From positions 310,001 to 374,000 of the forward strand of contig JASANG010000641.1 of the NCBI GenBank assembly GCA_030248215.1: a DNA stretch of 64,000 nucleotides, in the 5' to 3' direction. The notes beneath the pieces are model-generated. The model ran no database searches. It was given only the letters and a program-made list of their open reading frames with translations, and was not told the origin of the DNA. Positions 52,976 through 64,000 of this stretch are shown here, in pieces. The stretch's first letter is position 1; each line of letters opens with the position of its first letter. Origin of the DNA: Enoplolaimus lenunculus. Taxonomy: Eukaryota. A program made the position numbers and the translations under genes.

Positions 52976-55267
52976 CCTGCAAATGACAGAGGTGTAAAAA
53001 GGATTCGTGGCAAAAAGGTTAAAATGTTATATAATGCAATAAGTCAAGATATACCAGCTTTAATATTATAAATGGTCACAAGTGATACCAACAGTCGATA
53101 ATGAGGGTTGTGAAGAATAAAACACTCAACGTTTCGCCATTGCTGTAGCCTGATTTCATTTCGAAAGAAGATAAAACCATGTTTAGATAATGTTTTGAGC
53201 TCTGTAGGTTATTCTGCTTGTTTATTACCTGCGGAAAGCTATCGTACATTGGTTTATGCTAATCTGGGATCACTTCAATGCAAGTACTCCTGTCCAGCAA
53301 CGGGTAGGAGGACGAGCCCCCTGAAAATTTTTTTGCATCATCTAAAAAGTTTCAACATCGCTAGTATGTCACAATAAAAACCGTTATATGTGAAAAGCTT
53401 TTAGCCCCGCTTGCAAGATGACCCCTGGCTACAGACCTGGTTATACATCGTTTATAAGCTGTTGCGTATGAAATCCTCAATGCTTTATTTTTGACTAAAA
53501 ATTAATTAAATAAAATGTGCCCTCTGAAGACCCATAGCCAGCTCACCTTGCTAGGAAGGATAAAAAATTTGCTAGCCTAGGCATTCAAGGATTTTCAATG
53601 AGTTTTATAAGCAAGGTTGAGAATTTTCTATGAGGATCAAAAATTTTCACGGAGAGATGAGCCTCCACTGCCCCCCCCCCCTTGGCTACGAGCCCGGCGC
53701 ACTGGCGGTGACGTTTGAGATATATGTTTCTTTGTTGAGAAATGTAACTGAAAACATTTGCAAAATAAAAATCCGGCTTCGAAAAAAAGGTGCATACAAA
53801 TTTCAGATGAAACCAGAAGGGTCAATAGGGAGAATCATCGCCCCATGGCGCAATTTGGCCACCCAAGAAAGTTTTCAAAAAATGAGTCGTACACTTGTCA
53901 GCTTGCAGTTTTCCTGCTGTGCTCAAGTGACAAGCCTTTACAATAGAGCGGTTTTGGTAAACGCATTTTTATTCGTCAGTCCCCTTTTTATAATCCAAGC
54001 TCAGTACATCAAACTGGGGTAGCCCCTAACAAACATTTGAAATGCAGGATCTTAGTATCAAACTTTTAATTTGTCTTATTATTCTAAAATTCGGTCTGTC
54101 TCTTCGCTCACTAGCACTCGCGAAAAGGTAAAAAATTCAATCTCTTTAAGACTAAAGTTTTATATATTTAACTAGACACAGTGTTCGTGTTTTTAGTTCA
54201 AAGTTTTCTTACTGAATAAATATGCATCGGACAGCAGATGGCTGAAAATTACACCGCCAACCCCAAATGAAATAGCTAGCTAACCTGATGTACAGAGAGT
54301 ACCGTGGTAGTTCATGGTAGCACTGTATTTTTGCATTATTTAATCATGTGAAGGGCAAAACGATATTTAAGAGCTTTACGGGGTTCAAACGCCATTTTGC
54401 AAAACTATATTTGTACATTGAGAAACTGTGAAATGAATTACAGTTCTTCTTTTGATTCACAAGTTGTATCATGACATTCTGGAACCAAAACCGCCGACAA
54501 ATAACACTGCTCTTTGCCTTATTAAACAACAATAGCCTGTATGGAACTATAGGCTAAAGTTTAACACAAAATTAGTGCAGTTTGTCTGCAACCGTGTTAG
54601 TCGGCAGCATATTAATTGCTAACTACTAGCATATTGTATATATAGATATTTATCATTCATTTAGAATGCGGAAAAATTTTGCAAACCTTTCATTGCGAAA
54701 ACCGCAACAAAAACCAACTTACGTCAATCGAGTGGATTAACCAGCAAAACCTGTGTATCGAATCCTTAAAGACCTAGTTATCATAGTTGTAAAACTAAAT
54801 ATTTCGAAATTTTTTGTTCATCTACTTTAATCCCACCATTTTAGACTTTAGAATTTTTGCCAAAATAAAAAATATTCAATCGTGGTTAATCGTATAAGCA
54901 TAAATACCTTCGAATTAGCCCCGCTTATAAAAATAACGTTATCCTGGTATTGTTGTCTTGAAACGTTCCCAGACCTTTCACAGCAACATGTTATCAAGGC
55001 TATTGGCTGGCAAAAATGGTTGGGTGAAGACATTGATTGAGGTACTGTAGTGACCTGAATAAGTGGGGGTAATAAGAGGGCGGTTTCCATTTTGAGTAAC
55101 AATCAATAGGAGTCCGTAAGCTTAGGTACAGGGTCTAAGAATGGTTGATGATTTTTTAAGTAATAAGCATTTTGCAGCCGAATAAATTTACCTTGTTCAT
55201 ACTTTGGGCTGTTCTATAAAACACAATAAACCGTTGAAACATACCAGTTGCTAACAACAAAAATATA

Positions 55268-55700
55268 CTGTAGTGACCCGAACATGAAGGAGGACTGATA
55301 TTTATTTGGCCTCTCCAGAAGGGTCCCCCACTGATATTTGGTTACGGACTGATTTTAGCCCGCCCTCAAGTGCCCTTCGTTACTGATATATATTCGGTAT
55401 TGCAACTATCCGTTGAATTTAACGTTTACTTGTTTTGTATCAAAAACAAGCGATAATACAACGTTATATACACTTAATATTGTTTCAACTTTTAAGTACG
55501 ATTTAAAGATACAAACTCAACTTTATTTGGTCCTGGAGTCATTTATGCACTACAATTACAGATAATTAACATTCATGGACTCTAATGATGGTTTAGGGAC
55601 TCTATCCGCTTACGGACTGTTATTGGTGATACGAACTCCTATTGATTGGAACTCACAATGGGAACTCCTCTTATTACCAATCTTTTTCGGGTCAGTACAG
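55268..55700. mobile_element. Full copy of the TA-TSD MITE family
   Basis: ta|ctgtagtgacccgaac ... ttcgggtcagtacag|ta, internal similarity to the reverse complement of 2832-3276. Confidence 0.85.
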
Positions 55701-56028
55701 TACGTGAAAAATTATTGGCTGCTGTCGATGTTGATAAAAATTTAGTCGGTGTTTTTTTGTTAAAATTATTTTTCAAAATAGTAGTGAATCGGTTTACTTA
55801 TATCAATAGTGCCAGGGTCGATTTTTGTGGCAGTCCAGCCATGATCAATTAACATTTATTGTTCCAAATAAAGCTACCGTAACATTGTTTTGATTGTTCG
55901 AATACAATCAAAGTTATTCTAGTTGAACAGAACTAAATGTCTCTTTTTTTCTGCGGCTATTTGCTAACATTTCATGATGAATAATTTACAATACAGCATA
56001 CGTTTTTATATCTTGCAAAACAATACGC

Positions 56029-56280
56029 CACTGTAAATTGTGACGATTTGATTAATCAATTCAGAGAGAGAATTAGTCATTTCTGGTTGTTTCTGAGCTA
56101 ATAACTCGGAACATTAATTCGCTCTGAGCTGGTTTAATTCCGGGTGCGTTGATGAATTAACTCGGTATGAGTTCAATCAGTTCAAATTTCTGAGTTCTGA
56201 AAGAAATGAATTAGATCTCAGGCTTCTGAGTGGATTTCAACTTTTCTGGGTTTTAATCCACTGACTGGAATTTTACGGTG
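56029..56280. mobile_element. CACTG-terminal MITE copy (diverged)
   Basis: cactgtaaatt ... ctggaattttacggtg. Confidence 0.7.
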
Positions 56281-57231
56281 ATTGGCTCAGATCAAAGCGT
56301 AAATGATTGAAAATTCTAAAGGCTAATGCGGGAAAATTTTTTTAGAACAATAAGCCTACAAAGCCGAATTGATATTATCCTGTATCTCTAAATGCCTTTG
56401 ATTCGACATATAGATCAGTCTTGTTCAATTGAAAGCCGAAAAAAGTTAATAATTTACCTAAATTTTTAACGCTACTATTCAACTTAATTTAAACAATTTC
56501 AGCTTTTGAATCGGCAAGTCAAGCTCCTATAGATAGCTCAGTGGGCATCGTAAACGCCTCCCACCTGTGAGACTGGGAATTCGAATCTTACCTTGAAATT
56601 ACATCTCATATGAATTTGAAAATATTCATTTGAGAACGGGTTTGATTTTATTGTTAAATCGACCATGCTTTACTATAATAGGTCCTGCTGACTAAGCCTA
56701 AGCCCAAAGCTAGGTATAAACCTAAACGCAAGCCTAAATATAAGCCTAAGCCTACTCCTATATCGTAAGCCTAACCCTAATTATTCCAGTCGCTAAGTCA
56801 CCAAATCAACCTCTCCTATTGGGCATACCCTTATAATTAAAATAATAATTAAATTAGTTTTTAATCAACAACAGGGATAAAATCTCGCTATCCATGGCTT
56901 TATTTTTCTATTAGCATTTCAAATACTTACTATGTTCCTAACCATTTGCTTTTGACCAAGACCGTAGCCAACTCACCTGAGCCTCTCGGCCCCCCCCCCC
57001 CCGCTTGGCTACGGAGCCGCTTTGACCACAAGTTATAAATTAATGTGTGCAGGCAGAATCGAGGTAAAACGTTTCCGCCAAATGTGAATGTCAATAAGCC
57101 TACCAAAATTTCACCTTTTACTTGCTCTCAAAATTAATTGAGGATTATTAATCAATGTATACGGTTACCGAATAGGGTCGTAAATTTTGCCGTGTTTTTT
57201 CATTTTTAAATTTAAGTTTGTTAGCCGTTTC

Positions 57232-57417
57232 GGCCAATGTAAAAAACAGAGCAGTAACAGTAGTATAAGCGTATTCCTAAGCCTAAACCTAAACCTGAGT
57301 ACAGGAGAAGCCTATACTTAAGCCTAAACGTAAGCAAAAAATAGATTATCTGTAATAAGTTTAATCTATTGCTGTCCGGCGAAACGACAGCCTGTCCATA
57401 ATCTGTACTCGGACCGC
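57232..57417. mobile_element. TTAGGC-bearing MITE (diverged)
   Basis: ggccaatgtaaaaaacag, flanks gccgtttc / accgtttc. Confidence 0.75.
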
Positions 57418-59454
57418 ACCGTTTCGAACATTTAGCAGTTATATGAAACTAAAAATAGTTTGTGGCTGGTGAAGCAAACCGCGCAAATTTGAAGGCAGGC
57501 GAATGTTAGAAATATTTATTCTGAGTTCGTGAATTAATTTTGGTTTAAATTTTGGATAAGTGATACCTACAGATTTATCGACTGTTTCCTCACATTTCCA
57601 TTTCGGGTTAAAAGCTTAGGTAGTTCTGGTTAGGCTTACGGTAAGGCTTAGCTGAACTTTTAATAGGTTTATGCGTAAAGTTTTTTTCTGAACCTAACTC
57701 TGAGTCTGCGCCTGAACCGATAAACCAGCTGATGGAAGTCATCAGCCGATTAGTCACCTTTGCAAGCTGGTTTTTGTTAAGCAAGCATACAGAAATGAAT
57801 TGACAAAATTTCGTTCGGTTTCCGGTATTCAGAACGTTGTCTTATCTGAATATTGATCTGTCGTAGCCAATGTCGAGTAAACTCTACGGCAGACTAAAGC
57901 ACGTCGCTCAGGGTCCAAAATCATTGCGGCATTTTGGCCAAAATTATTTTAATTTGCGAAAAAGCATACGTTTTATTCGGTTTGTTTTTAGCTTTCACGA
58001 CATTTTAGGTAGCGTGAATAGCTTTGCTTATTAAACGAAACTATTATGTCAAACGAGTGAGGCACACTAATATGTTTACTGGGTCCTTAAGATATTAAAA
58101 ACATATTTACCGATTATTTTCCAAAATTATTAATTTCATGCGTTTATAATCAAAATCTTGAAATTAGCTTCAGGGCAACCAGAGCCTTGAAAGCTAAAAG
58201 TAGTTGTTGTTGTACGGGTTTTATCAGGTACAAAATGCTCAGTACATGCGTTACGCCCATCTGCCCCTAAGGAATAATAAAAAATGTAAATATGCACAAC
58301 CTAAAATCAAGCTCACAATAATCCTCATATATATAGAAAACATTTGCGTCAAAATATGCATATACCTAAATAGCAAATATAAGCTTGGTATTTAGTGTAA
58401 ACTAACGACATAATATATATTTTGTCATTATAAGATTTGAAAGATTCATAAATTAGTTTGTTTTTCGTTTGCTATCAAACTGTTTTTGAATAGAGATTAC
58501 ATATTTTTACGGTAAAAAAATAACAGCGAAACTTTCAAAGTTAACATATACTTCAGAATAGGGGCAAATTCAAAAATTTTCACAATCCGATAAGGAATTT
58601 ATTACCTGGCCTGCCTTTTTATATCCAACCGCGTATCATGCAAAGTATAAATCAGCGTGTGGTTACTTGATAATCAATTTGATTCTGTTGCTATTCTTTT
58701 GTTTTGTAAAAAAATAAAAAATAGCTAACCACTGGCCGTTTTAAATACAAAAACTTATCAGTATTTAATTAACCCTAAGAACATCACAGGTACTTTGGAG
58801 TTTAACATTTCAATATAGTCGAAAATGGATGGATTACTTGAAATTTTCGGTCAAATATGAAATTTAAACCTGGAAGACAAATTGTCAATTTGCCACTATA
58901 CAGGTATTGTCATCACATCCTACACCCTGGCAAATATAGATTTACCGCAAGCGACATGGAATGCAATTTATAGCGGTTCCATCAGTTGTCACCCCCGTAG
59001 AAAAAATATTAAACAAATTACGTTAGTACTCACTGCTGACGTTTTAACTTTGAATGAACTGAGTCAACTCAGTCTGAGTTACGATTCCGCTAACTCTGAG
59101 GTAGTTTATTAACTCGCCCACAATCAACTCAACTTAAAGTGAGTTAATGTTGACTGTTATTAAATTAGAAATATATAATTAGCTCGATGTTTGAAATCAT
59201 TAATCAACACATTGGAATTTACAGCGTAAGAGTTGGGATGGCAGATTATTAGCTAACTCACATTTTTGCAATATTGCATTTTGTGTTGAATTTGGCTGCT
59301 ATTAGTTAATGATATTGTTTACTTGCAAATAGACTGATTAACATATATATTGAAAGTTTGTTTAGGCAAAACGCCATGTGCAACGACTCAAGAATTGAAA
59401 ATATACATGGCAAAATGGGAAAAATGAAAAATATAAGGTTTAAACTGAAACTAA

Positions 59455-59605
59455 CGCCTACGTATAGAACAGGGCCGTTACAGTAGTTTAAGCATATTCC
59501 TAAGCATAATCGTAGGCGTATATACAAAGAAGGTAGTCGTAAATTTAAGCTTATTCTATTACAATGCCACAGAAAAACGTTTTGCTCCTCATCTTTACAT
59601 TGGCC
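59455..59605. mobile_element. TTAGGC-bearing MITE (diverged)
   Basis: cgcctacgtatagaacagggccg ... atctttacattggcc, TSD gaaactaa / gaaactta. Confidence 0.8.
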
Positions 59606-62600
59606 GAAACTTAATATATAAAAATACGGAAAATTTCTGATGGACAGGACACGTGCTTGTATCCATGCGTTCCTTTTCAGCCGCCTATTTGGTGCACCAG
59701 ACCGGGCGCAAGGCCATGTTTAGAAAAGTTTAACACATTCGATCTCCATGTGCTTTATAGTAAAACAGCAGCAAAGTAATTGTAAAGTATAGATGTCCAT
59801 TTATGGTATTATCTGAATCCTTTTCGGCAATAGCAATTACGATTGCACGCCACCCGCGGATGAACGCGAGCCGGGCAGGACATCTTAGACGTAGGTACAA
59901 ACTCGCAGATATAACCGTTTTTACTTATAGATTAGTGGTTTTTAGCCATTTGTATCAGGGTACAATCAGAGGTTTGCCTAGGACTCCGGCAAGAAATCGA
60001 AATTCCATCTACGGGAGATATTTTGCTGTAGGTTTCGGCAATTTTAGCAGTAACATTCTTCGTATTTTACGAATGTGGGCCACCCTTTCATTGCTCCAAT
60101 GTTGAGATTAGCCCTGTCTAACTTTCGAACCCTCCGACAGAATTATCATCACCGCAAAATCCCCGGATTTTATCGGAACCCCGATCGCCAAGCGTATGGA
60201 TGCGCCCTTCCGTACGCTCGGCAAATTATCGCTTGAGTATTACTTTCGAGCAATTTTTGAACATTAATAAACTTGCGGAGATTTTGTAAAAAGAAACATT
60301 AAAGATTAACTTTTGACATCACTGCGGAAAAATTAGTAAAATTCACAATTTGAACATTAATATTTAAAACTGCGTAAGTATGTCTGCGTCATCGCCAACT
60401 CCAGTTCGGGCAAAACTGTTGCTTGCGTTTCAGAATTTGTGCCGGCATCCATATATGAACGCGAAGGGCTGGGACGAACAAATGTTTTTGTATATCTGCT
60501 AAAAGTTTTAGTACCAAAAATCATCACATCAACCATGCTGAAAGTTAAATCAATATTGCAAACGCATTCAAAAAGGTGGAACCACACAGAAACCAATTTT
60601 TATAGCGTGAAAAATGTTGCTGCTGAAGAACGCATAAACAACCCTATATTCACAATTGATGCCGGAAATATACATAATTAAAAAGATTTTTCGTCTGAAA
60701 CGATCCAGAACCACAGCAAGCTCACATTGCTAGGCGGGCTAAAATTTTTCAGTAAGGGCAGTCAAAGCGTTATAATGATTTGCAAGCAAGGTTGAAAAGT
60801 TTCTAGGTGGGGCTAAAATTTTTCCCGGTGGGGGTTGACCAATTCCCTGGCCCCACCTTGGCTACGGGCCCGAAACGATGGCGTGTAAATGTTATATTTT
60901 GTTATTGCCAAGCGCACGGAAAGTTTTTAGCAAATACATTCCGGCTTAGAACCAAGCCAGGTAATGTGGGATGGTATTTTGACTGGTTTACTTACCAGTA
61001 TGATATATTGGACTGTCGTCATTGAATCTGTTTTAGGCAACATATGTCAAAAATAAAAGAACGCAAAAATCTTCATAGCACTTGTATTTACCTGACATGA
61101 TGATGGTTAACGTCAAATACCTGAACAAATTGATAGGGCAGATCCAGTTCGAACGGTAATGTCGGTAGCATACATTCCGTCTGAAACTTGACGAAAAATT
61201 TCAAGGTTGCCACCATATAAATGTTTGTTTTTGTTCGGCTATAGTATTAATTGCGTTTAGCTTCTCGCTCGCTTTTCTCGAAACTTTTTTTCGCTACTAT
61301 AGCGTTTCTTGTAAACGAAGTTTTACCGATAGCCGTTGGTAGGCGAAACCAAAATATTGTTTCAACCAAAACAATATTTGTAAAAACCCTTATTTTTAAA
61401 AAAAAAGCTTATGAGGCCATGAGCGTTGCCTGATATTGGTCCGGTCGTCACACAGTATAAAATTTTCGAAAATAATTTCATGTGTTGCCAACTAAAAAAG
61501 CGACTAAAAACCCTTGTCTGTCAGAGATCAAAATATTGCTGTTAACCGTAAAAACTTCCTGGCTAAGCTTAAAGCATGAGGTCGCTTCGCGAGAACATTC
61601 TCGAACAAAACGAAAAAAAACTGAAAATTACAACCAAAATTGCCGCATTATTTACTGTTGAGCTGGGAACTATAAACTTTTGTTTGCCTTAAAACCAAAT
61701 ATGGTTGGATTTTTAATAGCAGGGTGTTGAGGTCGTTAAATGAACGGCGAAACAGAAATTATGCTCAACAAATTGGAAACATTTAAAAAAGCCAATAAAA
61801 TTATTGTCAAATTGCCACAATCATTGGAACAAACTTTCTTTAAGCTTATAAGTGCTATTGCAGTCGAGATTAAACGTAAACATTGTGTTTGTGTCAAAAG
61901 TTTTAAAATATTCATATCAGCCCTCAGAGTTCTGCATAATTGCACAAATTTTTGAACATTTATGCAGTTCCAAATGTTGAGTCTGCTAGCGTACGCCTGA
62001 TGTAACAGTCTAAAAACCGGGGGGGGCGACTTTAGCCTTTAATTATATTAATACTTGACGGGAGAACTGAAAATAAGTACCAAAATACCGTCACGAGCAA
62101 CTAAAACCAGACGCGGACGGCACAATACTCAATATTTTCTGGAAAAATAAACTAAATGAATCAATGGAAACAGGATTGTGTATTTAGCAAAAACCACAGC
62201 ATTTCCTCAAGTCTCGTTGCAAACAGAGAGGACTACAAAGTGTTAATTAAATTTCATTCCAAATCATATGGGTAAAACATTTGATACTGCCACACATATA
62301 AGGTTGGGACCCGGCACCTAAGCCTACGCCACCAATCCTTGGCGATACCAATCTAATCGTAGTGCGATAGTAAGTTGTAGCGTCGACCTTGCTGCGTTGG
62401 CTAAGCCGTGTTCGGTATAGGAATAACGCGGTCAGACATATAGTGCCATTGTAGTCCTGACCCGTGCCATATTGGCAACCGAAGTTGAAAGCATCCTGAC
62501 TGCCTTAGGAGAAGGATCTTTAGCCGTTTGTATAGGGTTGATGCCGGCTACCCCAATTTTACATAACTTTGCATAAACTTCGGCTAAATTTCTATATTTT

Positions 62601-63715
62601 CTATATCTTTTGAAAATCGGCCGTCGGGTTACGTGGGCCGCTAACCAACAACCAGAAACAACAGAAACAACAGAAACAACAACAACAACAAAAGCAACAC
62701 AGTAACAACCATGAAGCAGGAAAAGCGACAAACAGAACATGGAATACCAGGGACCCCAAATGTGGTGTCGGAAGAAACAAACGAAAGCGGCAGGTCCATA
62801 GAGAGGAAACAAGTGTACCACCAATATCGGGGAACCCAAAAGTAAACTCTAACAAATAATTCGCACGCGGATTGTACGTTAAGCTCTTGAAATAAACGAA
62901 ATTCTAAAATTTAGAAACCGCTGTTTGTGCGCCTTAGAATCGCTATACCCCGAGGCCTCACAGTTTCGATCTCGACGCAGTCGACGCTCATGCCGCACCT
63001 GATAACAAAATTCTCTCGGATTCCGCCCCAGCTTAAACGTTTCGCGCTATATGGACTAAATACCAAGTAAGCTTTAAGCGCACGTGCACAGATGCATCCT
63101 CACATCGATCCAACAAAATTCCCAAACGTTTTACCCGTTACCAATTATTAAAACCAACGCGGACACTGGTCATCGATCAGAAACCTAATAAACCTAAAGA
63201 AAGCAACATATAAACCTGGCTAAAGAGTGAGCTTAAACCCCTGTTCTCACCTCAAGTTTAAATTAATTATGATTGTAAAAGATAAATTTGATTAATAACA
63301 AACGGTCGTTAAAAAATTATAATAACCAGCATCAGACCGACGCTTTTCTTGGTACATACCCGCTATTTTTGTGTCGGTGACTAGACTTGAAAAAAGCCTT
63401 TGCTGATAACAGGGCGGTCTGTGATTAAATCATATCGAGATGTTAACGCAAAATTAATTGGCCAAAATTTAAATTACCCGTGGAGTGATTATAATTTATG
63501 AAAAATTAATGTAAAATTGAAGTACATTTGTGAATAATTGTAATAATTTTTAAGCAATCATATGATGACAAGGTCCACAGTAGAACAGTTTTAAATTTTA
63601 GAATATATATAACTAGCGACAATTCAAGTGATGCACAAAAATTCTTGAAGAGGCGACTGAGGTCCACTGCATCCTTTTCATTTTTAAAAGTCCACGCAAA
63701 AATACAGTTCCTGTA

Positions 63716-63933
63716 CGCCGTAAATTCCAGTGAATTGATTTTAAATTCAGAATGGGTTGTTGGTTGAATTACGTCTTTCAGAACTCAGAATTGTAAATTG
63801 ATTGTTAATTAATCAGCTCATACGGAATTAAGTTAGACTGAGTTAATGTTTATTGCTAGTCAGCCCCCGAAACATTAGTAAACACTAATTCGTTCTCTGA
63901 GTTAATTAATTAACTCGCTGGAATTTTACAGTG
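63716..63933. mobile_element. CACTG-terminal MITE copy (diverged)
   Basis: ta|cgccgtaaattccagtga ... tcgctggaattttacagtg|ta. Confidence 0.75.
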
Positions 63934-64000
63934 TAGAATCTTTGAGAATAAGGAAATTGAGTTTAATATTTTTTCATGTACATTTTCAGTTTGCGATTTT

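Noticed and set aside
56519..56600. Possible tRNA gene
   Set aside because: A-box and B-box-like motifs are present but the acceptor and anticodon stems do not pair convincingly. It belongs to a dispersed repeat family.

Overview
AT-rich, intron-rich eukaryotic genomic DNA, very likely from a nematode given the abundant TTAGGC telomere-type hexamer. Four protein-coding genes can be assembled by hand from GT-AG splice sites with consistent reading phase: (1) an 8-exon peroxisomal sarcosine/pipecolate oxidase ending in a PTS1 signal (451-9015, +); (2) a 12-exon Patched-related (PTR/PTCHD3-like) sterol-sensing protein with a long low-complexity C-tail (16276-33024, +); (3) a 6-exon phosphatidylinositol synthase (36730-40484, +); (4) an intronless FMRFamide-receptor-like class A GPCR (45269-47095, -). 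About 17 kb (47100-64000) has no recognisable coding sequence. Introns and intergenic DNA are crowded with non-autonomous DNA transposons (MITEs). The most striking is a 150-270 bp family with GG-terminal inverted repeats and 8-bp target-site duplications (Merlin-like) carrying an internal array of telomeric TTAGGC repeats. It has more than 20 copies here, including in two probable 3' UTRs and on a splice donor. Also present: CACTG/2-bp-TSD, TA-TSD, Harbinger-like and piggyBac-like (tRNA-containing) families, an apparently perfect 245-bp inverted repeat, an interstitial telomeric tract, and a clustered 15-mer motif in the GPCR 3' region. Superfamily assignments are inferred from termini and TSDs only; no database searches were run.
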